The notes beneath the pieces were generated by a model that was not told the origin of the DNA, ran no database searches, and saw only the letters and a program-made list of their open reading frames with translations. The position numbers and the translations under genes are program-made. Below are positions 11,081 to 22,004 of a stretch of 64,000 nucleotides of DNA, one piece after another (positions within the stretch are counted from its first letter, which is position 1; each line of letters begins with the position of its first letter). This DNA comes from Amoebidium appalachense. Taxonomy: Eukaryota > Protista > Ichthyosporea. The DNA is taken from NCBI GenBank assembly GCA_963693365.1, contig CAVNZM010000001.1, positions 20,220,125-20,284,124 of the forward strand. The letters run 5' to 3'.

Positions 11081-11846
11081 TGTTGGAGTACACTGGTACT
11101 CCCGGCTAGCAATGTCTGTTAGAGAAAGTTTCTGAGCAATTGAATAACTGTTTCAACACTCACTCGAGTGCATAGAGCTTTTGTTTACGGTCATATTCAT
11201 ATATGGTAGTTATATGTTTGAGCCAAAACTGTACCAATGACGAGCTTCACTAGCAACGTGCTAATTGTGCTCTCTTTTCGGCTATTCCCGGTTCAGATGA
11301 TGTCATGTCTATATTTGCCACAGGATTCTATTCTTAGAGTGGTAGTGTGCTTTATTCCCGGATATTCTCAGAATATTTTTAGTTGTGTGAAGCAAGATTT
11401 ACGTTTAACTGCAATTGGTGTGTTAAACACGTTTATTTGTGTGCTTTAGTGCAAGTTAACTAGCCACTCAACGTGCACAGTTAACTTTTATATCTTTAAC
11501 GACTTGTTTTCATTGTGCTCTCTTTTCGGCCATGCTGTACATGGCCCACCACCAGGGTGCACACGAGGCCACCATGAGGTGGCCAACGACTATATAAAGC
11601 AGTGCCTCCCATGTCACAAACATGGGAAGCAGAACGTTTGATTTACACTTTTCTACTGTCGTTTCCAGTGCACAAAACACATAGACTAGTTACCCATCAT
11701 ACACGACACTATGTCTGACAACTTACAGTTGCAGCAACTAGTCCAACTACTGGAGCAGAGGTTGGCCTCACAAGATGCAATCATTTCTGACTTACAGAAG
11801 GAACAACGTGCACTAGAACTAGCTTCTATGAACACAATGTCCAACA
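11081..11846 (+). repeat. 3' LTR of Copia A (766 bp)
   Basis: Matches the 5' LTR except for one 9-to-10-bp block replacement and one 6-bp indel. Confidence 0.97.
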
Positions 11847-13059
11847 GTACGCTGTGACGTTGGGGTAGTCTCGTAGTTCAAGCTCCTCGTAGGTGACTTG
11901 AATCTGGATGACGCGGGCCTCCTTCTCTGCCACATAAGCCATACGCAGGTTGTGGAAGACTTCTCCACCGTGAACACCGTCTTGCATCTGGCCGGAGTCG
12001 TAGAGCTCTGTCGGATGGACGGACTGGTTGAGGATCTGGTCGAGGACGTCGGCAGCTTTCTTGTAGGAGTCCTGTGTGCCGTAGCCTAGCCACTGGTTGG
12101 CATCAGAGCCATCAACCCACTGTGGTCTCTTGATGGCATCAACGAATTTCTCGGCGATGGTGGTTCTTATGAAACGGTGGATGAGTAGCTCCCACTCGAA
12201 ATAGTTGAGACGCTTCTCATCCTTCTTCTCGGACGGATTCCATTGTGGAAGGTTGATGTACGACGGTTTGTCAGTCATGGTTGAAGCAGTATGTACGGAG
12301 GAATTTCGCGGTTGTAACGAGATTGTGTGTTAGCGTGCAAAGGGGCCGTAAACCTGTTGTTTTGTGTGGGTAAACGGAGAAGCAGAGAGCACAGATGGGT
12401 GTTATGTTATACACAACACAGAGACACACGGGAGAAACACAACCGGAGAGGTGGAACGATTACTGGAACCATAGGAAACGAATTCGACTGCTTGATATTT
12501 ATTTCAAGATGAAGTTCCATTTATACTCAGGAATGTGAAATCGATAAACCAATCAAAAGAACGAAAACTCTATTTTCCAATCAGAAAGACGAAAACTATG
12601 AGGGTAAAATAAATCGATCGAAATGCCTGTCGACACATAGAAGATAAAACGCAATCCTCTAATGAAAGTAATCTTCTAATAAAAGTACGGAAACATTTAA
12701 CAAAATGAAACCACTTATGTATCTATTAGTTTACATCATATATTTATACATGTTCTTAACATAACACGTCTAAATATAAGTATTCCTAATAGTTGGGGAA
12801 CATAGAACAATTCTACGTCGTGGGAAAAGAAGGAAAAGGAATGAGGATAGAAAGGAATGGAATGGGAAAGGAATCGAGTAGAATTAATGAGGAATGTAGG
12901 TTACTATATTTGGGAAAATATAACGAGACCTGATTGGACTACATATTTAGATATTGACGCAAACAACAATACGTGTGCGCGGGCTAAATATCTCGATGTG
13001 TGCACAGATCTAGCCAGTAGAGTATCCTACCATTTAGTTAGAGGTTACTATTAAATTTC

Positions 13060-13421
13060 CTCACTAACTAAAGGTACCAAGGGGAATAAAATTTCTATGA
13101 AAGACACTAAATTTTTCTTTAAAATAAGGTGCTTGTCACAAATAGAAGTTTATAAGTTTTATTTTTTGTAAATGGCTGAAAATCCTCGCTATGTAAAAAG
13201 GGTTTACCTATAATACCTAATACCCCCCCGGAACAAATCTAGCCAGGAGAGTATCCTACCATATTCGGGGGGTATTAGGTATTATAGGTAAACCCTTTTT
13301 ACATAGCGAGCATTTTCAGCCATTTATGAATTACAAAAGTGGTTACATGCACCTTATTTTCAAGTAAAATTTAGTGTCTTTCCTATAAATTTTATTCCCC
13401 TTTGTACCTTTAGTTAGTGAG
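13060..13421. repeat. Imperfect foldback / inverted repeat (arms ~13060-13230 and ~13264-13421), MITE-like
   Basis: CTCACTAACTAAAGGTAC... pairs with ...GTACCTTTAGTTAGTGAG; inner CTCGCTATGTAAAAAGGGTTTACCTATAATACCTAATACCCCCC is mirrored exactly. Confidence 0.85.
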
Positions 13422-13589
13422 CATTGTGCACACGGAAACAGAAAGGAAAGAAAGAAAGGAAGAAAGGAAAAGGGAAAAGGAAACAAACTACAACAAACTA
13501 ATAAACATATATAAAAACTCAACTTCTAAGTCTTGCCGTTAATCATGGGAAGATGACAGGGGGGGGGGGGGGGGGGGGGGGGGGGGGAG

Positions 13590-13711
13590 GGAGGGAGAGA
13601 GTGGGAAAAGAAAGAAAGGGGGAAAAACTCCCTTATTTAACTACGCACAAGCCCCCTCCCCCCTCTCCCCCTGACCGTAGGGCCTCTTCCCCTTTTCCCC
13701 CGGCGCTACCC

Positions 13712-13742
<31 letters not shown>

Positions 13743-13893
13743 AAAAAAAAAGAGAGAGAGAGAGAAAGGAAGAAGGAAAAAAAGAATGGAAACCTACATA
13801 GAAGAAGATGGAGTATATGTGCCCCTAAAGCCCTTTTCTCAGCACTGCAGATTGCCTCCCCCAAGCCCCAGGTCATCTTCGGGAAGCGCGTCA
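13590..13893 (+). repeat. ~300-bp direct repeat, copy 2
   Basis: See copy 1 at 4688-4978. Confidence 0.95.
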
Positions 13894-14435
13894 TTTCCCT
13901 TCTCAAAAAAAGAAAAAAGGAGGGGGAAAGAAAAAAGACCGGGAAGCTTTGTTGACCCTTTTTTTAGTGGTCGACGTCTTCAATAATACTCAGCACTACT
14001 ACAGTCTTTAAAATTTGGTGGGTCCGTATCCCCTGAGGATCCTACGGTACCCCACCCCCCTAGGCCTCCAGAATGTATCCATCGAAGTTCTTAACAAAAG
14101 GATAGAAAGCATAGTCTCCCCCACCCCCTCAGTCCTCGCCCTTAGTCACTAGGCCTGCTTCGAAGAATCCGGTGCTCTCTATATCTTCTTCCATCATATG
14201 CCCTATCCACCCCCCCAAAAATGTGAATGGAACAACTTGAATTATTTAGAAGGACACGGCTAAATAGTGCCTTCTTCCACTCGTTGCCAGTCCTGAACGC
14301 CATACATTAAATCTTCTATTCCGCTTATTAGGTTTGTCACCTATCTCCCTCATACCAGTATTAAGGCCTACATTGTGCGTCTAGAACAAGCGCCCGGGGT
14401 ATTTCCTCCTTCAACTTGATTTCGTTCAGTCCCCC

Positions 14436-14472
<37 letters not shown>

Positions 14473-15239
14473 CCCCCCCCCCCCTCCCCCCGCCTCCGCG
14501 GGGCCCTCAACCCTTCCCGCCAAAGAGCTTCTCCGCGTATAAGCCTATTTGTAATCTGTACATCCGGGCTGCTGTGCACGGCCCACACATTCAAATAAAA
14601 AATTTTCCCTGCACCAGGCGCGCTGGGAGCCTCGAGGGCCTTGGACTCGTCTATTATTAGCTCGTGCGTTGCCAGGAGTCCTGACTCAGTGACTACATTC
14701 CAGAAAGGAGTATGCTCATTTCAATTGGTTCGTTTCGCGGATATTCCAAATCCCCCTAAACTACCCCTTTGGGCATTCTTAATTTTCGAATTTCGATTTA
14801 GAAAGTTTCAGAGGCGTCGCGATGTTTCTAACCAATCCAGCCAAGATAGTTCTGTTACATACAAGGTTTGATCAATCAATAAATAAAATAAAAAATCAGA
14901 CAATAAATTGCATAAAGGCCCTCCTGGCCTGAAGAGTCTCCAACTTTCATAAACATTTGCTCCTGTAGCGACAAACCTAATCATTCTAATATACAATATA
15001 CAATGTACATATGAAAATCATTAATGACTGAAAATTCATGAATATTCAGATACGCCCCATCATCATGTGTCTAGGAGCTCCAATTTTTTATACCACACCA
15101 AATATGGCAAAGAATACATTCCTGAGGTTTTTCCGCTCGAAGTCAAACTGCGGGAGCGCAGACTCAGCCAGTTTTGTTTTGGTTTGTTTCCGGGTAGAGT
15201 CTCAGATTAGCGGTGTGTGCGTATTAGACTCTAGGGAGG

Positions 15240-17135
15240 ATGGGGCAGGCGAGGCAAAGAAAGGTCGCCGAAAAGGCCGCGGCCCCGGCAAAGCCACCTC
15301 CCAGCACCAAAACAAAGCCAAGCAAAACATCACCCTTTCTATATCTCGTTCCCATAATCCTTCTCCTAGGGCTAGGCTATCTTTTCCTTTTGCCAAACGC
15401 AGGACCCGCAGCTACACACACTGAACTCTCTAGCGAAGCGCTCACCCTTCGTGGGGACAACTTCTCTCTTGCAATCACAACCACGTGGCGCGGTGTGCCC
15501 ATGGACTGGGCCGAGGCCTGGCTGCAGTGGCACCTTGCACTGGGGTTTGATAGGGCCTACCTTTTCTTTGACGACCCCAAGTTCGACCGGGAAGTCATTG
15601 ATGCGCTTTCTGCCTCCCCTCTGTACAAGGACTACCTATACATAACTGAGTCAAACTCCACCTATCGCGAGAAATACTGGACACCGTGCGAAGCGAACCA
15701 GCCGTGTGATAGACCCAAGGCCGACCAAGACATGCTTCCCATGCTTGGTGCACACTTAGACACAGAGCACACAGCACGCCAGATGCTTTACACCACTAGG
15801 TCGGCACAGCAGGCGGCGGCTGATAATGTCGACTGGCTTCTTCACATCGACTCGGACGAGTTGTTTCACCTGCAGGACTTGGACCTGAAAGCATTAGACA
15901 ACATCAACCCCGTCCCAAATAAGGCCGGAAATGCACGTGATCTGTTCAAGGAACTTAGCAGTAGGAGATACACACACGCAGCCTTCTTTAACGATGAGAA
16001 TCTTCCGGAGAATCCCAACTTTACAAAGAAGAACCTGCTTAAGACCCCGTTCCACCAGATCACCCTGTTTAAGAAGAACCCAATCATTATGACCGGACCA
16101 CAGCTGGGAGCCAAGCAACGGTAAGCACCCCCCCCCCCCCCCCCCCCCCCCTTCCCCCTCCCCTCCCCCCCTCCCCCCCCCCCCCTTTCCCCCTCGCCCG
16201 TGCCCTCCCCTTCCCCCCCCCCCCCCCCCTCCCCTCCCCCCCCCCCCAAAAAAAAAAGAAAAAAAAAGTGCCCCACTCTCCCCCCCTCCCCCCCACTCCC
16301 ACACACACACACATACCCTATGCCCCCTCCGCTCCCTCCCCCCCCCCCCCCCCCCCCCCCCCGAGTTGTGTAAAGACCGCAGGGGGCGGCCAACTCCCAC
16401 TCATCATGATTGTGTTTGTCGTGTTTACATGACACCTCTGTGCACTCTGCTCCCTTAGAACCTGTACAAAACAACCCCCCCCTCCCCCCTCCCCCCCCCC
16501 CCCCCCTGAAGCTCCCACAACGTCACTCCACCCACCGCCCAATCCCACCGGCGTGCATCTCCTGGTCTCTCCCCCTCTTCCCCTGTCCTCCCCCCCCCCC
16601 CTCCCCCCCCTCCCCCTGCCACCCCTTCCCGCCCACCACCTTATTCCATTTTAAAAAATTTAAATTTATTCATCTACTTAACTGCCAGACACCAGGCACA
16701 TACGTTTAACACGTATGCATACCAAATCTCTTATTGACTTTCAGAATTACTGCCTAACAGTTATCACACCTTGTTTCTGCTTCCCCCCCCCCCCCCCCCC
16801 TCCTCCCCCCCCCCCCCCTCCCCTTCCCCTCCCCCCCCCCTCCCCCCCCCCCCCTTCCCCCTCCCCCCCGTCTCTTCCCTCCTCCCCCCCCTCCCCCCCC
16901 ACCTCCCCCAACTGACAAACCCATGCACAACCAATTCTCTTCCCCTTTTTCAACACCCCATTTCCCTTGTTGTGGTTTTGCCTCAGGCAGTGGCTCTAGT
17001 ACTTGAGCGGAAGCATGTCTTGGGGTTTGCACTTGAGACTTGACACTCTTGCCTCGTGCTGGTGCACTGTGTACTGCCTTTCCCTCCCATTTCCAACCAC
17101 CACCACCATCACCGACATCACCACTCACTGGATAC

Positions 17136-17173
<38 letters not shown>

Positions 17174-17806
17174 CCGCCGCCGCCGCCACGGCCGGCGCGC
17201 CACCACTGCCGCCAACCACCCAACCACTCTAACATCCTCCGCTCCACGCCCCCCGCCCCCAACCTCTCTCTCTACACCCCCCCCCCCCTCCCCCCCTGCC
17301 CCCCTGCCCCTCCCGCCCTCCCTCCCCCCCCCCCCCCCTCCCCCCACTTTGCTCACCCAACCCACCCTGTCACAGGTGGGAAAACGAGCACGATGGCAAC
17401 GGCTTCTTCCTTGGCTACATGTGCGGCAAGGGAGCAGTGAACATCAAGCGCTGGCACAAGGTCTTTGGCAAGCACCGCTATGTGCAGCCCATGCACGTGG
17501 TGCGCTTTGCCGTCAACGAGGCCCATGCCCCCCGGGTGGCCGACATCATAAATCAAGGCATGGATTATTTCTTCCCTGCCATCGACCCCAAGAAGGTGAA
17601 GATTGCGGCCCACGTCCAGAAGGCGATGTAAGGACCCCCCCTTTCCCCCCCATGCCATGCTGCATGCTTTAAGGTTGCTGCCCCCCCTCGGTATGCCAGC
17701 ATCTATTCTTGTTTTTAGTCACTTTTTCCTAAGCACACACAGACATCCACGCAAGCGTTAACAAATGCCACTTTCATGTTATCCCTTGCCTCCTCCTCTT
17801 CCCCCC

Positions 17807-17844
<38 letters not shown>

Positions 17845-18337
17845 CCCCCCCTGGGGCCTGCACCTTAAGGAGGCACAGACAAGCAAACAGATCCAGCATG
17901 GTTGAGCCTCCTCCATGTGATACTCGATGCATTTACTTCCAGGACCCCCCCCTTCTCCCCCCCCGCCCCTCCCCCCCCGTCTCCCCTCTGCTGCCCCCCC
18001 TCCCCCCCTCCCCCGATGTATGACCCCTTTAATCAAGAAGTAATCAACCGACCACCACACACAACCCAACACTGGCGACTGCCCATATTTAATGCCACAC
18101 ACGACAAAGAGTTCCTGCTTGTTGCATTCGGTCGTTTGAAGTCTGGTTGCTTGTGTGTGTATATGCATATGAGATTGACCCGAGGGGAAATCAATGATTG
18201 AGAAGGGTGTGTGCGCGGGGGAGGGGGGGGGGGGGGGGAGGGCGGAAGGAGAGGGGGGGTACGCATTCTGCAGATATCATCCTTTAGTTATTATGGAGAA
18301 ACGTATGTGTGTGTGTGGGAAGGTCTTGAGGGCAGAA

Positions 18338-18396
<59 letters not shown>

Positions 18397-18651
18397 TACT
18401 GAGCCTTTTATGGTAGCGGGTAAAAGTTGTACGTGGAGGAGGAGGGGGAGGGGAAGGAGGGGGGAGAACATTGAGGCAAAACGACCGCAGGGACAGAAGG
18501 GCCAGCGGGACGAGAAGGGAAAAAATGGGACGGGAGGGGTGGTGGTGGTGGGGGGGGGGGGGGGGGGGGATTGGGCTGACAAGCTGAAGGTGCATGCGCT
18601 TGAGTGGGAATGGGAATTTTGGAGGTTGAGTATGGAGAGAACAGGGCTTTT

Positions 18652-18692
<41 letters not shown>

Positions 18693-19961
18693 GAGGGGGG
18701 TTGGCAAGGAGGGGCCAAACGGACACACTGTGTCTCCGCACGTTTGTGGTGGCATTCTATCCGTATCCTCAATCTCCCCTCTCCCCTCCCCTTCTACCCC
18801 CCCCCCCCCCCCCCCCCCCCACCCCCACCCCCTCCCCCTCCCCCCCCTCCCGTTCCCCCCCTGGTGGGGGCCATTCTTTCCTTCCCCTGTTTCTCAATCT
18901 TGTCTTCATCTGATCGTGAATATTGCTGCCTTGATTGGTCCTGACCCCCCCCCCCCTCCCCCCCCCCCCGACCCACCCACCCACCCATTCACATCCCCTT
19001 TTTTCTCTTCTTCTAGTTTCTTCTACCCCCCCTCCCCCCCCCCCCTCCCCCCCCCCCCCCCCCCCCGCGCGTGGAAATACCCAACCAATGTTTCAGTTCC
19101 AATCCTCCCTCTCTTCTCCTCCCTTCTCCCCCTCCCCCCTTCTCCCCCCCCCTCCCCCGCCCCCGCCCCCCCCCCCCCCCCCTCTCCCCCCCCCCTTCAC
19201 ACACACACAGTGTCCTCCACTATGTGAACAGCAACCTGGATGCGCTTCGTGTCAAGTTTGAGGGCCGCAAGCAGTTCAACAAGCTCCTCTTTGACGAAAA
19301 CCTCGTGCCGAAGGACCGAGCCGCCCTCTTCCAGCGCTGGCGCACACAGTGGCACCCTAGCGAGGGCATGCCCTCAGAGACCTTTTACAACAACATGTGG
19401 GAGAAGGTGCAGCAGGACGTAGCAAAGGGAATATCGGCCCGCAGTGCTAAATCGGCCGCCCTAGCACTGTACAAACAGGCAGCACTAGCACCAGGCCCCA
19501 CACGGTTGAACGAGTTGTTGAACACGGGGGCAGTGTACAGAACGAAGGTGGTGCGTGAATTGCTGCAGAGAGTGAAAAAGGATGTCGATGCAGCTGGGAC
19601 CAATGGATCGGCCAATCCCGCGGGGTCATTTGTGGAGCAGATTGTTGCAAAGGTCAAGGAATTGGTCCTCGGACCCAATCAGAACGCAGGATCGGACAAG
19701 GCCAATGCAAGCAGTACCCAATCGGACCTCTCGCCTGGTATGAAGTCGATTTTGCGGATTAGGCAGCGGCTAGCACGGCCAGCTGGGGCACCTAAACCCC
19801 GGTATGGGCACTGTGCCGATAGGGCACCCCACTATGAGTGTGATGTGGATAATTGCTGTTATGTCTTTAGGTCGCCCCAGTTTACATATGAGAAGAGGCA
19901 GCTAGGCTATAAGAGGCTCGCTGCAAATGAGTGGTGGATTCCAAGCTATACCCCTAGGTGA
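15240..19961 (+). CDS. KOBITO1/ELD1-like GT-A fold glycosyltransferase, type II membrane protein; exons 15240-16120, 17376-17627, 19211-19961
   Basis: Basic N-terminal tail and TM segment (FLYLVPIILLLGLGYLFLL); WLQWHLALGFDRAYLFFDD; DWLLHIDSDELF (DxD); PFHQITLFKKN; FFLGYMCGKGAV; AIVLHY. All junctions are GT-AG and in phase. Confidence 0.85.
18343..18391. repeat. (TA)n microsatellite
   Basis: Perfect dinucleotide run in intron 2 of the glycosyltransferase. Confidence 0.95.
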
Positions 19962-20690
19962 TCACGTGATGTTTGATTTGACATCTAGAGGCTATATATA
20001 GCTTAGCTTGCAGTGTTATAATTACGGTGCAGTGGTTTTGAGGGATCCTGAATTGTATGACTGGTGCACATTGACATAAAAGTACGAGAGGAGGTAGAGC
20101 ACCAACATCCACACCAAAAATGAGAATAGATTGAATTCGTTACTTCTGATAGCTTAGAGGAGTGATATTTTTAATTCGTTGTATGGCGTTGTCTGTTGTT
20201 GATTAAAGTTTACGATTGTGGAGTGCGGAGTAATGAACAGAGCCTCCCTGCCACATGATAATATAAGTCAATCGCAATTCCATATGCAGTTGGCGGACAT
20301 TAAGATATGTGTCATGTGTGTGTGGAGGCCTCGGATGCGCATGGGCGGGTTGAAATTTGTAACACAGGGGCTGGCTGATATAGATATAGTACTACTTATA
20401 AACAACGATAGTTTGTTTGAATAGTTAAGAACAAAGACCCGGGCAAACCTTCGAACCTGGCAGAATTCAGGGGGGGGGGGGGGGGGGGGTCACACATTTC
20501 TAAGGTTTTCCTAGCATAATATTTAGGCTTATAAATTATCAGACGGAAAGCGACCCATGCCATGGAAACCCCTAGGCTCCTTCCGTTTAAGAGCTTAGGC
20601 AGAAAAGGGTTTCCATGCAGCCCCAATAATAATTCACTTTGCCACCCACCCATATTGCCCCCCCTCCTCCCAAATCATACACATATTACA

Positions 20691-20733
<43 letters not shown>

Positions 20734-21125
20734 GACACAGGCGAGCGCACGCGCACACACACACGCACAGTGCACATACACACAATCATTATAACCCTTC
20801 AACACCACACACGTGCATGGCATGTAGTTTGCATGTGGGTGTTTTGTGAGTGATGCACCATGTTGCTCAATGCCATGATCCGAAGTTCGCCCTCTCATGA
20901 GGGATTAGTGTTGCCCTGATTGGGTCTTTCTTATGCATGCATTAACTCCCCCCCCCCCCCCCCCCCCCCCCTTTTCCCCTCTTCCGCTCTCACCTCCCTT
21001 CCCCCCCCCCCCCCCTCCCCTCCCCCCCGGCACCTCCACGACCTCCCTATTTCATTTGCACATGCAAATGTGTGTTCACACACCGTGTGACAATCTCGTG
21101 GGCATACACACGTACTAAGATCTAC

Positions 21126-21178
<53 letters not shown>

Positions 21179-21247
21179 CACGAGGGCACACGGGCACGCA
21201 CATACACACACCTGCACACATATATACGCACGCGAAAACACCGCCAC

Positions 21248-21879
21248 AGGCCCCCAGATTCATTCTGCAAAAAGCAGAATAAATATGCTGAGTTTGTCGG
21301 ATGATTCTGCTTGTTGCAGAATACTATCTGATTAGCTGAGCAACTCTGCTTATGCTAAATAACATATTCTACGCGTACCGAGTATATTCTGCTTCTTGCT
21401 AAACACGACTGCTTTTTGCGGAATAATTCTGCTCGCAGCGAATATTTATCCGCCTGTTAACGTTGCTAAATAACTCTGCTCAGCGCAGCAAATACATATT
21501 TGCTTTTTGCGGAATAACGCGGCTCGCAGCAAATATATATCTACTTTTTGCGGAATATTCTGCTCGCAGTATTAATACATATCTGCTTTTTGAGGGATAA
21601 TTCTGCTTTCAGCGAATTCATATCTGCTTTCAATGATGCGAAATAATTCTGCTCCCAGCAAATCATATCTGCTTTCTGCGGAATAATTCTGCTTGCAGCT
21701 GCCACCTGCACAACAATTCAGCTCATCACAGAGGAAGTCTACATTTTGCCAAATAAATCTTCTCAAGGCAGAGTAATTCTACGATTGCACAAATATCCTG
21801 CTATTGGTCAAAGGACTATGCCTTAGCAAAACTTTCACTTGCGGCAATATCATTCTGCCGATGTCGTACGTCGGGGCCT
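21248..21879. mobile_element. Degenerate GCAGAAT/ATTCTGC repeat array with short terminal inverted repeat (non-autonomous DNA transposon-like), copy 1
   Basis: Many ATTCTGC / GCGGAATAATTCTGC variants between AGGCCCC (21248) and GGGGCCT (21873-21879); related array at 55340-55784. Confidence 0.55.
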
Positions 21880-21965
21880 TCTCTAAGTTATGAATAAATG
21901 AGTTGGGTGAGCCTCTGTGTTTGTGTTTCTTGTCGGTTTCCACCCAACTTAGACCCCCCCCCCCC

Positions 21966-22004
<39 letters not shown>

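Larger units (their letters stand above)
5955..11846 (+). mobile_element. Intact Ty1/Copia LTR retrotransposon A (hemivirus-type, half-tRNA primed)
   Basis: LTRs 5955-6725 and 11081-11846 with TGTTGGA...TCCAACA termini; 5-bp TSD GTACG at 5950-5954 and 11847-11851; PBS at 6726; PPT TGAGTAGGGG at 11071-11080; single uninterrupted gag-pol ORF. Confidence 0.98.
4924..12278 (-). pseudogene. gag-protease ORF of Copia B, split by insertion (12278-11847 + 5949-4924)
   Basis: Removing element A and one TSD joins ...YPNVTAY|LTRLQRLA... in frame (144+341 codons). Contains a UBN2-type gag region, zinc knuckle CSYCHEPHHITSC, protease VWDSACNAH and the pre-integrase GLY motif; the last ~17 codons come from the flanking repeat. 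Confidence 0.85.
4979..12766 (-). mobile_element. Truncated Ty1/Copia element B (5' LTR, PBS, gag, protease), interrupted by Copia element A
   Basis: Putative LTR ~12766/12761-12355 (TGTTA...CAACA on minus, two CCAAT boxes at 12549 and 12577, TATAAAT at 12525-12519), PBS-like GGTTTACGGCCC at 12354-12343, then a gag-PR ORF. No integrase, RT or 3' LTR is present. Confidence 0.8.

Noticed and set aside
12857-13054. 65-aa ORF MEWERNRV...
   Set aside because: Short, no recognisable domain, overlaps repeat-derived sequence.
21260-21860. CRISPR-like appearance of the ATTCTGC arrays (also 55380-55770) and the 24-bp repeat
   Set aside because: No constant repeat with unique spacers, no cas genes, eukaryotic context.
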